Shown one piece after another: positions 9,304 through 17,092 of a DNA stretch of 64,000 nt; the stretch's first letter is position 1, and each line of letters starts with the position of its first letter. Origin of the DNA: an uncultured Candidatus Saccharibacteria bacterium. Lineage in GTDB: Bacteria; Patescibacteriota; Minisyncoccia; Phycocordibacterales; UBA9973. The translations under genes and the position numbers were made by a program. Below the pieces are notes generated by a model. The model saw only the letters and a program-made list of their open reading frames with translations. It made no database searches and had not been told where the DNA came from. The stretch spans positions 3,927 to 67,926 of the forward strand of contig CAZWJU010000004.1 of the NCBI GenBank assembly GCA_964634365.1, written 5' to 3'.

Positions 9304-10448
9304 ATCGTCGGTTGTTCAACCGGGATATCTGCATTTTTTTCGGAGAGGATTTCATATTCTCCAATTTCGAGGTCAGGCTTCCATCCAAAATTTTCCGGAT
9401 TGAAACCATCTCCGCAAATTGTTTCCATAAGTGCTGTAAGCACTTTGTACGGATCGAGATTCGCAGCAGGTCTGCGATCTTCCAAGTAGCCTTTGTTGTT
9501 CTTTGCTGTGGCCATAGGAATCCGAATCGATGCTCCTCGGTTGCTAACTCCAAACCGGAATTGTTTGAACGAGCATGTTTCGTGCTTGCCAGTCAGGCGT
9601 TTATCATTGTCGCGACCGTACACTGCCATATGCTCCTTGTGAAATTTTCCAAGCTTTCTACATGCATCGTATATGATGCTGATACCACCTTCTTCACGCA
9701 TGGATTTAATGGAAAAGTTCACATGTCCTCCAGCTCCATTCCAGTCGCCACTCATAGGCTTAGGGTCGAGCTTGGCGTAGGCTTCAAAATCTTCACCAAG
9801 CCGGTATAAAAGCCAACGTGCAATCCATAACTGATCTGCACATTCCAGTGCATCTCTGACTGCAATTTGGAATTCATGTTGACTTGGCATCACTTCACCA
9901 TTTTCACCAGTGATAGAAATTCCAGCATCCACACAGGCTTTCATATGGGCCTCCACAAGTGGACGGCCATGTACCTCATCGAACCCAACTCCACAATAGT
10001 ATTTTCCTTGTGGATCAGGATTGCCTTTTTTAGGCCACCCAAATGGTCTGCCATTTGCACCGTAGAGCGTGTATTCTTGCTCTATACCGGCCCAGGCTTC
10101 TGCTTCCGGATATTTTGTAAGAGTTTGTACGAGATGATGTCGTGCATTTGTAATATGCGGATTACCATCTGGTGTCATGACTTCGCAAAGTACAAGTATG
10201 TTTTTTCCACCTCGGATCGGATCATGTAATGCATAAATTGGTTTCAATGCCAGATCACTGAAGTGACCTTCGGCTTGGAAGGTGCTTGATCCATCAAACC
10301 CCCATTCGGGGATTTTTGTTACCTCGAGCTTCATTTCTCCATCGAAACCCGGGTAATCAATACGTTGAGCTTTTGACCGGAGCTTGCCCGTTTCCTGACC
10401 GTCTATCCATATATATTCGGCCCAGACGGGATTTGTAAGTTTTTGCAT
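9300..10448 (-). CDS. glnII: Glutamine synthetase type II (eukaryotic-type GS)
   Basis: YIWIDG, PEWGFDGSST, EQEYTL, GPYYCGVG, NGAGGH, GASIRIP motifs align along whole length with GSII; gene visibly GC-richer than flanks. Confidence 0.9.
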   Translation of the reverse strand: MQKLTNPVWAEYIWIDGQETGKLRSKAQRIDYPGFDGEMKLEVTKIPEWGFDGSSTFQAEGHFSDLALKPIYALHDPIRGGKNILVLCEVMTPDGNPHITNARHHLVQTLTKYPEAEAWAGIEQEYTLYGANGRPFGWPKKGNPDPQGKYYCGVGFDEVHGRPLVEAHMKACVDAGISITGENGEVMPSQHEFQIAVRDALECADQLWIARWLLYRLGEDFEAYAKLDPKPMSGDWNGAGGHVNFSIKSMREEGGISIIYDACRKLGKFHKEHMAVYGRDNDKRLTGKHETCSFKQFRFGVSNRGASIRIPMATAKNNKGYLEDRRPAANLDPYKVLTALMETICGDGFNPENFGWKPDLEIGEYEILSEKNADIPVEQPTI

Positions 10449-10533
10449 AAATAACGTTTATTTGCTTTCATACTATTTTAAAACAATACTCATGTCAAAC
10501 AGCTAAATTTGACACAAATGTTACAATAAAAGT

Positions 10534-10920
10534 ATGAATAAAGATGAACTAAAAAATAAATTGAGCGAGGAGGAATATCATGTTACTCAAGAGAAGGGTA
10601 CTGAGGCGCCTTTTTCTGGTAAATATGTAAATCATAATGAAGAGGGTTCATATACGTGTAAAGTGTGTGGGCAGGTTTTATTTTCTTCTGATACAAAGAT
10701 GGATTCAAGTTCTGGTCCAATAGGTCTTCAGGGATGGCCTTCGTTTGATAGTGCTTTGCCGGGCTCTGTAGATTTCAAGGAAGACAACTCTCTAGGGATG
10801 CATCGCACAGAAGTAGTGTGTTCAAAGTGTGGCTCACATTTGGGGCATCTATTTGACGACAGTCACGCAAAAACAGGCAAGCATTTTTGCGTAAATTCTT
10901 GCTCAATAGATTTCAAATAA
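10534..10920 (+). CDS. msrB: Peptide-methionine (R)-S-oxide reductase MsrB
   Basis: SelR domain: two CxxC zinc motifs (CKVCGQ, CSKCGSH) and HLGHLFDD active site region. Confidence 0.9.
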   Translation: MNKDELKNKLSEEEYHVTQEKGTEAPFSGKYVNHNEEGSYTCKVCGQVLFSSDTKMDSSSGPIGLQGWPSFDSALPGSVDFKEDNSLGMHRTEVVCSKCGSHLGHLFDDSHAKTGKHFCVNSCSIDFK

Positions 10921-10999
10921 TATTTACTATATATGTACGATTAATAAAATTATTTGGTGTGATATAATAAAAACATTATAAGTTTAGTTTATTTAAATT

Positions 11000-11536
11000 A
11001 TGAAGATAATGAAAAAAATGCACTGTCCTGACACTGGTTTGATGTTGCTTCGCTTAGGTGTTGCGGCAATTTTTATTTCACACGGTATATCAAAGTTCCA
11101 AAATATGGAATCTACAATTGGTTTTTTTGGAATGTTAGGACTAAGTTCAGTTTTTGCATACATCGTTGCAGCTGTTGAATTGGTTGGTGGTATTGCTGTT
11201 TTACTAGGTGTTTTCGCTAGATACGCAGGAATCGCTCTATCTATAGTTATGATTTTTGCAATAATACTTGTGAAGTCCGATATGGGATTCAATGCAGCAG
11301 AAATAGACATAATGCTCCTAGTATCTTCACTCGCTATAGCTTTTGGTGGACCAGGTAAATACTCTCTTATGCGTCATGTTTGTGGATGTGGATGCAAATC
11401 TTGTCACTCAGGAGGATGCGATTGTTCAAAAGATGGTGTTTGCAATTGTGGATGCGGGACATGTGGTACTTCAAAATGTGATGGATGTGAAGATTGTAAA
11501 AAGGGTGGTGTCTGCACAGGTCACGAAATGAAATAA
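11000..11536 (+). CDS. DoxX-family membrane protein fused to C-terminal Cys-rich (metallothionein-like) tail
   Basis: 4 TM DoxX core (LRLGVAAIFISHG...), then ~50 aa tail with 16 Cys in CGC/CxC/CxxC arrangements. Confidence 0.75.
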   Translation: MKIMKKMHCPDTGLMLLRLGVAAIFISHGISKFQNMESTIGFFGMLGLSSVFAYIVAAVELVGGIAVLLGVFARYAGIALSIVMIFAIILVKSDMGFNAAEIDIMLLVSSLAIAFGGPGKYSLMRHVCGCGCKSCHSGGCDCSKDGVCNCGCGTCGTSKCDGCEDCKKGGVCTGHEMK

Positions 11537-11549
11537 ATAGTTAAAAGAA

Positions 11550-11580
11550 AAATCCGCAATATGTTTGCGGATTTTTTTTA
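11550..11580. terminator. Bidirectional rho-independent terminator
   Basis: aaaaatccgcaatatgtttgcggatttttttt. Confidence 0.75.
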
Positions 11581-12003
11581 TTTTTTCTTATTGAGTATAT
11601 TCCTTATTTTTGTGGCTTCCTCATAATCTTCAGCGCGCTCGGCTTCAAGCAGAGCATTCCTGAGCTCTCTGTCAGAGAACTTACTGTATTCCAAAATATC
11701 ACCGAAGCCTATAATCGGCAAATATGCTGATTTTTCGCTCGGATCATACTCGATATCTTCGGATATTCCCCATTGATAGTCAATCTCAAAAATAAAGGCA
11801 ATGAACCCATCTTTCGTCCTTTTAATTTTAAGTTGGGCGTTGTCGGTGTTTTTTTTCGGGAATATAGCATAGTCTTTTAAAAGATAGCACTCCTCGTCAG
11901 AATCCACTCTCATTGCATATACTGAGACATATGCTGTTTCTCCAATCTCCAAATCTTTTATTTGGTAAAGTCTTTTTCTGTCTGGTAACTTTGCCATAAT
12001 CAA
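11578..12003 (-). CDS. Hypothetical protein with C-terminal UVR motif (UvrB/UvrC-type helical hairpin)
   Basis: C-terminal LRNALLEAERAEDYEEATKIRNIL resembles UVR domain; N-terminal domain unknown. Confidence 0.5.
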   Translation of the reverse strand: MIMAKLPDRKRLYQIKDLEIGETAYVSVYAMRVDSDEECYLLKDYAIFPKKNTDNAQLKIKRTKDGFIAFIFEIDYQWGISEDIEYDPSEKSAYLPIIGFGDILEYSKFSDRELRNALLEAERAEDYEEATKIRNILNKKK

Positions 12004-12111
12004 AAGTTTATTATTTTTTTGAAAATTTACTTCCTGGGCGCATTATAGCTTGCTATATCTATTAGTCAAACCATATTGAACTGTTTTGATTTAAGAGTTA
12101 AAATTTATTAT

Positions 12112-12240
12112 ATGAAAAAAATGCAACTTTTTGCCTCTATCGTAATCGTCCTGGTTATTGTTTTCCTAGCCTTTTGGGGTAGATTTAACCAAATGCAATA
12201 CAGTGGAACAGGCTTTATGCCGACAGATCAGCAGCGCTAA
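12112..12240 (+). CDS. Candidate small membrane protein (42 aa), not in ORF track
   Basis: ATG..TAA ORF MKKMQLFASIVIVLVIVFLAFWGRF... with one TM, followed directly by terminator. Confidence 0.3.
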   Translation: MKKMQLFASIVIVLVIVFLAFWGRFNQMQYSGTGFMPTDQQR

Positions 12241-12246
12241 AATATT

Positions 12247-12278
12247 AAACCGCATCTGTGCTAGATGCGGTTTTTATT
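12247..12278 (+). terminator. Rho-independent terminator
   Basis: aaaccgcatctgtgctagatgcggttttta. Confidence 0.7.
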
Positions 12279-12279
12279 T

Positions 12280-12873
12280 TTATCTTAACGGAAGCGGGTC
12301 ATAGGCTTCCATTCCTTTTATTTTTGGTGGCAAGGGTGGGTTCAATATTTCGTCCACCACTTTCAGCTTGTCGTAAAATCTTTTTATTGATTCACGCATA
12401 AACTTCCAGGATTCTTCGACTCCCATTTTTCTTGTACGGTCAGATATTTCATCAATCTTGTCTACGGGTTCGATTTGTTGGATATGGTCCACATCTTCCG
12501 GAGAGTTTCTCTGGAAGAAAGAGGTGATAATAAAAGTCCCTTTGTCTATATTTTGACCTCCAATAAATATTGGCTGGCCAATAAACACAATCCGGTTGTT
12601 GTTCTTGAGGTCGCTGTAAGCAGTCTCTATATTGAGTACAGCTTTATGTAGCCTTCTCTGCGTGTAAACCTCAAGCTGCTTGAAGCTCTGGAACTCCCAA
12701 GAGCATTTTTCCAGGATTTGCAGAGTTTCTACGTATTTTATAATTGCTTGCTTAGTGTCTTTTTCTGTCAGACATTTTTCAAGCGATTCTAAAACTGATT
12801 TCATGCGCCCGTTTTTGAAGCTTTTTCTCAGGTTGTGTTTAAGAAAAATTCGTATGATTTTTTTGAAGATCAT
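12280..12873 (-). CDS. Hypothetical protein (197 aa)
   Basis: ORF; no recognisable motif. Confidence 0.45.
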   Translation of the reverse strand: MIFKKIIRIFLKHNLRKSFKNGRMKSVLESLEKCLTEKDTKQAIIKYVETLQILEKCSWEFQSFKQLEVYTQRRLHKAVLNIETAYSDLKNNNRIVFIGQPIFIGGQNIDKGTFIITSFFQRNSPEDVDHIQQIEPVDKIDEISDRTRKMGVEESWKFMRESIKRFYDKLKVVDEILNPPLPPKIKGMEAYDPLPLR

Positions 12874-12945
12874 GGTATGTTTTTTTAAAAAATACCACAG
12901 TGTAAAGCTTGTGTCAATTTGGATTTTTTAATACTAAAAAGCGAC

Positions 12946-12975
12946 TCCGAGGAGTCGCTTTTTAGTATTTTTTCC
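12946..12975. terminator. Bidirectional rho-independent terminator
   Basis: aaaaagcgactccgaggagtcgctttttag perfect inverted repeat with A/T flanks. Confidence 0.75.
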
Positions 12976-12996
12976 TGAAGAGAGTGCTATGCAGCA

Positions 12997-13113
12997 GCTT
13001 CTTCTGAAGAAACTTCTTCGTCAGCCATTTCTTCTGTAGTAGCTTCCATAGCTCCTTCTACAGTTTCCATTTCTTCATCCTTTATTACATCTTCGTCTGC
13101 CATATATTTATGT
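12997..13113 (-). CDS. Candidate 38-aa highly acidic peptide (MADEDVIKDEEMETVEGAMEATTEEMADEEVSSEEAAA)
   Basis: Clean ATG..TAG on minus strand, ends immediately at bidirectional terminator; below ORF-track size cutoff. Confidence 0.25.
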
Positions 13114-13196
13114 GGGAGTTATCCACGCATATTGATAAGACCTAAATTGTAATATATTTTTTTAAAATTAGCAAGCCAGGTAGTATACTTAGGTGT

Positions 13197-13766
13197 ATGA
13201 AAGAAATTAGGCGTTGCACTTGGGTGAGCAGGGAAGATGCTTTGATGCAAGAGTATCATGATTTTGTCTGGGGTGTTCCCAAGAAAAAAGACAGAGAAAT
13301 ATTTGAAGCTTTAGTCCTAGATTCAAACCAAGCAGGTTTGTCGTGGTCATGTATTTTGCATAAAAGAGATAATTTTGCGCGAGCATTTTACAATTTTGAT
13401 CCTGTTAAGATTTCAAAAATGAACAAGAGAGATATAGATAGGCTTATGAAAAATCCTGGAATTATTCGTCACAGAGGGAAGATAGAAGCGACGATCAGTA
13501 ACGCAAAAGCTTTTTTAGATTTACAAAAAGATTTCGGTACTGCTTCAAAATATTTTTGGAATTTTACAAATAACGCAGTGATTTACAATAAATTTAAAAA
13601 ACATACATCTATCCCGTCTACAACAAAAATATCAGACCTGTTGTCAAAAGATTTGAAAAAGAGAGGATTTAAATTTGTTGGCCCCACAATCTGTTATGCA
13701 TTTATGCAAGGTATCGGCATGGTGAACGATCATACAAAAGATTGTTTTAAATACAAAGAATCATAA
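13197..13766 (+). CDS. tag: DNA-3-methyladenine glycosylase I
   Basis: RCTWVS...EYHDFVWGVP...LVLDSNQAGLSW...C-terminal zinc-site residues typical of Tag. Confidence 0.85.
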   Translation: MKEIRRCTWVSREDALMQEYHDFVWGVPKKKDREIFEALVLDSNQAGLSWSCILHKRDNFARAFYNFDPVKISKMNKRDIDRLMKNPGIIRHRGKIEATISNAKAFLDLQKDFGTASKYFWNFTNNAVIYNKFKKHTSIPSTTKISDLLSKDLKKRGFKFVGPTICYAFMQGIGMVNDHTKDCFKYKES

Positions 13767-13842
13767 TTTTGACATTTTTTCATATTCTGTGCTGAATTTT
13801 TTGGCCACTTTTCATAATTTGACCAAGTGCTATACTGTTTTT

Positions 13843-15024
13843 ATGAAGAAAATCGAAAAAATAGCCATTTTTATAAGTATTTTTAGTGTATTTGTGGGAT
13901 TTTCTACCACTAAAACTTTAGTTTTTGCTGAAAATTACCTACCAGATACTGAGACAATAGTAGACACTGTTGCATTGCAGGCGCCTAGTACCACCTACTT
14001 GCCACAGACTTTTGGGTATCTGACTTTTATAACTGACAAATTGGTAACCTCAGTAAATGATGAGAATCCAGGAGAAGCTGATTTTTGTAGTTTTGTAGAT
14101 AGTTATTTTATCAATCAAGACGAAACAGATAAGCAAAGTTTTGCTTGGCAGAAAGATAGTTACTCTTTGCCGGAGGATATTTCAGGTGATGTAAATGAAG
14201 TACAAGCTTCTTTGTACAAAGAAACTTCATCACTAAGACTAGGTATGATAGATGATATAGAGAAGATTTCTGCGAAAGATGAAACATCTTCTCTTGCTTT
14301 GAATAGACTCAAGGCAATCTATAGATCTGTTTCTATAGAAGTAGTCGATGAGTACAGAAAAGATTCACTTCCAGATCAAGAGCGTGTTGAAACATTGTTA
14401 GATTTTCAAGGCAAGCTCAACAAGTGTTTTGAGACTTACAGTATGCCCGATGATTCAAACAAAGAAGTGATTGAAAATACAAATAAAATTCATAGTGAAA
14501 TAGTTTCACTATGGTTTGCAAACAAGCCGTATCTATCTGGTCTAGTATCTAGTGTAGATGCAGAAAAGCTTACTATCAAAAGAAGCGATCTAAAAGATGG
14601 CGATGTTATGATTTCAAGCACAGGTGTTTCATCTTTGATTGATTTGGAAGTTTTTTCAAAAACTATGATGCACAAAGATGATCGTATAAAAGAAGTTTCT
14701 ATTGGAGATTCAAAAGTTTCATTTGTTTATGCGGTGGATGCAAAATTCTTAGGTTTTGGAAAAACATTTTTGCGTGAAAAAGTAACTGTAGACGTGCTAG
14801 GTAATATAAAGACTAGGATGCCTTGGTACGGATTTTTGTTCTCAAAAAGTTCTATGTATAAAAATAGTGAAGAGATAGAAAAATACCTACAAGACAACAA
14901 CTTGCTCTCAGAAGATTCTCAGCAAGCAGATTTTATAGCAGAAGATTATGGAGTTCAGGCAGTACTGCTTGAAAACATTGTCTCTTCTTTGTCATCAGAG
15001 AATTTGGAAAATACTGAAGAGTAA
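13843..15024 (+). CDS. Hypothetical secreted protein (signal peptide, ~394 aa)
   Basis: Start chosen at MKKIEKIAIFISIFSVFVGFSTTKTLVFA signal-like N-terminus within ORF 13789..15024. Confidence 0.55.
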   Translation: MKKIEKIAIFISIFSVFVGFSTTKTLVFAENYLPDTETIVDTVALQAPSTTYLPQTFGYLTFITDKLVTSVNDENPGEADFCSFVDSYFINQDETDKQSFAWQKDSYSLPEDISGDVNEVQASLYKETSSLRLGMIDDIEKISAKDETSSLALNRLKAIYRSVSIEVVDEYRKDSLPDQERVETLLDFQGKLNKCFETYSMPDDSNKEVIENTNKIHSEIVSLWFANKPYLSGLVSSVDAEKLTIKRSDLKDGDVMISSTGVSSLIDLEVFSKTMMHKDDRIKEVSIGDSKVSFVYAVDAKFLGFGKTFLREKVTVDVLGNIKTRMPWYGFLFSKSSMYKNSEEIEKYLQDNNLLSEDSQQADFIAEDYGVQAVLLENIVSSLSSENLENTEE

Positions 15025-15038
15025 TTCATAATATTATT

Positions 15039-15710
15039 ATGAATACACTTTTCTCAAACAAAGAAGCGTTAAAGTTTGGCTGGCTTAAAACCAAGAGCAA
15101 TTTATCATTTTTTGCCTTACTGTCTTTTACTATTTTCTGCGTTTCTCTTTTATTTAGTGAAGCAGGGGCAAATTCTACCAACTTTCTAGCGATATCTATA
15201 TTTAATATTGCACAGATAGTCTTCGGAGTGCTTTTGGGTATGGGGTATATATATGTCACTTTACTTGTTGTTAGAGGAGAAAGTTTCGATATAAAAGATA
15301 TTATCAAGCCCGCTCCTCAGTTCTGGAAATATTTCGGTGCGAGCTTATTGTATATGCTGATTGTAATGGTCGGCCTAGTTCTCCTGATTGTGCCAGGTGT
15401 GATTTTGATGATTAGACTTGGATTTTATAAGTACCTTATAGTAGATAAAAAAGATATTTCGATTACTCAAGCTTTGAGAGAGTCTATGATACTAACCAAA
15501 GGTATAACATGGAAGCTCTTTCTGTTCACTATTGTTTTAGGTTTGATCAATTTACTGGGGTTTCTGTGTTTTGTAGCAGGACTTCTCGTTACTATACCTC
15601 TTTCTGCCATAGCTTTTGCTTATGTTTACAACAAGCTTATACGTAGGCTTGAGCCAGTTGTTGAAGAGAAAAGTACTCCTTCTATAGCCCAATCAGAAGT
15701 TCAAAACTAA
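15039..15710 (+). CDS. Hypothetical integral membrane protein (DUF975/YciC-like topology)
   Basis: 5-6 TM helices; pattern resembles DUF975 membrane family. Confidence 0.55.
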   Translation: MNTLFSNKEALKFGWLKTKSNLSFFALLSFTIFCVSLLFSEAGANSTNFLAISIFNIAQIVFGVLLGMGYIYVTLLVVRGESFDIKDIIKPAPQFWKYFGASLLYMLIVMVGLVLLIVPGVILMIRLGFYKYLIVDKKDISITQALRESMILTKGITWKLFLFTIVLGLINLLGFLCFVAGLLVTIPLSAIAFAYVYNKLIRRLEPVVEEKSTPSIAQSEVQN

Positions 15711-15780
15711 TATTGTCTTTTATTTTAAGACATGCTATTGTCATGTCTGGTTTTGTTATTGTATTTAAAATTATAAGAAT

Positions 15781-16578
15781 ATGAGCGAAAAAGAAACACA
15801 ACATGCAGGTGAGGCTACAATGCCTTTTTCACCAGAACATATCATTGATTTTATAAACAAAAATCGATATGAAATCACCAATAGACCAGCCTATGCTATG
15901 ACCAAGGGTTGTATAGATGATAGAGAACACCGACAGAAGGGTTTTTTGCCCGATGTTGCTATACCGGGCGCAGGGCTTGGTGTTGTGATCACGGCTCTTG
16001 GAGCTTTAGATATGTTTAGAAATACTCATGGAGTAAATGAAGATTATAGTATTTCTGAATTTATGAATAATCTCGAGAGAGCTATTGGAAGAGTCACTTA
16101 TCATAGTGACGACGGGGATTATGGAGACGATTGTATCCTTTGCGTAGGGTGTGGTCATGCAGAAGGCGCACTCACAAAGTGTGATGTGTATGGTATTCAT
16201 AAGAATGATGCTAAATTTATTTTAGAAAATTATTTGCATGAATTGAACGCAAGAGGAGTTAGTCCAGATGTGTATTTTGGTTCACATAACGCTACGGCTG
16301 TTGTTGTGATCGAGGATACAACTACTGGTATACCGGCGCAAGACGGGAGCGGTCTTCAGGTATACAGATACCATTCTGCTTGGCACAAAAGAATCCTCGA
16401 TGATGTTTGCGAGCATACTTATGGTTTTATGAAAAAGCTTTTCCCTAAACTCAGTTCTGAGGAATACAGAAAATGTCTCGCCGATGTTGCTGAAAAGCAA
16501 TTGAAAGTTACAGTAGAGCATCTGGCCAAAGGAAAACCTGTGGTTGTAGTGCAAGACGAGAAAATTTATTTTGCATAA
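15781..16578 (+). CDS. Hypothetical protein with Cys/His cluster (CILCVGCGH)
   Basis: 265-aa ORF; possible metal-binding motif; no family recognised. Confidence 0.5.
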   Translation: MSEKETQHAGEATMPFSPEHIIDFINKNRYEITNRPAYAMTKGCIDDREHRQKGFLPDVAIPGAGLGVVITALGALDMFRNTHGVNEDYSISEFMNNLERAIGRVTYHSDDGDYGDDCILCVGCGHAEGALTKCDVYGIHKNDAKFILENYLHELNARGVSPDVYFGSHNATAVVVIEDTTTGIPAQDGSGLQVYRYHSAWHKRILDDVCEHTYGFMKKLFPKLSSEEYRKCLADVAEKQLKVTVEHLAKGKPVVVVQDEKIYFA

Positions 16579-16583
16579 ATAGT

Positions 16584-16612
16584 AAACCCCTTCATAATGA
16601 AGGGGTTTTATT
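16584..16612. terminator. Bidirectional rho-independent terminator
   Basis: aaaccccttcataatgaaggggtttta. Confidence 0.75.
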
Positions 16613-16629
16613 ATATGTTTTTGTTTTTA

Positions 16630-17007
16630 TTATTGTTGTTGCTCCACCTCCTCTTGTTTTTTAGGAGAGGGGATATCTTTCTGCGACATCTGGCGCATCT
16701 CTTCAAGATCCATCGCGTCAAGCGTCCCGATAAAATCTCGGACGATATTTTCGTCCTTGATGTTACATTTTTTAATTTCGGCAAATGCTGCTCGGGCGTT
16801 CGTCGGAGTTTTTGCTCCAAGCCACTTTTTGATGGCATCTCGGGCATTCGTGTATTTTCTTGCTCTGTCCCGAATTTCTTTTTCAAGAGGTTTCGAGATT
16901 CCTAAAGCAAGGGCTGTTGTGCCCTTGTTTAACACTGCCACCACTTCGGCGGCGTTCTTTGCGCTCTGGCATGCCTTGTAGGCTGCCAATTCATGTTTTC
17001 CTTGCAT
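16630..17007 (-). CDS. Hypothetical protein (125 aa), GC-elevated
   Basis: Best of three overlapping ORFs here; convergent with upstream gene at shared terminator. Confidence 0.45.
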   Translation of the reverse strand: MQGKHELAAYKACQSAKNAAEVVAVLNKGTTALALGISKPLEKEIRDRARKYTNARDAIKKWLGAKTPTNARAAFAEIKKCNIKDENIVRDFIGTLDAMDLEEMRQMSQKDIPSPKKQEEVEQQQ

Positions 17008-17092
17008 AAAATTTACAAATTTATATCAGTATACTGATTTTTAAGAAATGGTCAATAGTATTGATAGGTGATTTTTTACGTATAATAAAAAG

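Noticed and set aside
9294-10229. Plus-strand ORFs 9294..9809 and 9867..10229 overlapping the GSII gene.
   Set aside because: The minus-strand frame encodes a full-length, motif-complete glutamine synthetase II. The plus-strand frames are Cys/Phe-rich shadow ORFs.
16597-16905. Plus-strand ORF 16597..16905 and minus ORF 16611..16886 as genes.
   Set aside because: Both are highly Leu/Phe- or Arg/Lys-biased low-complexity frames overlapping the more protein-like 16630..17007 minus ORF.
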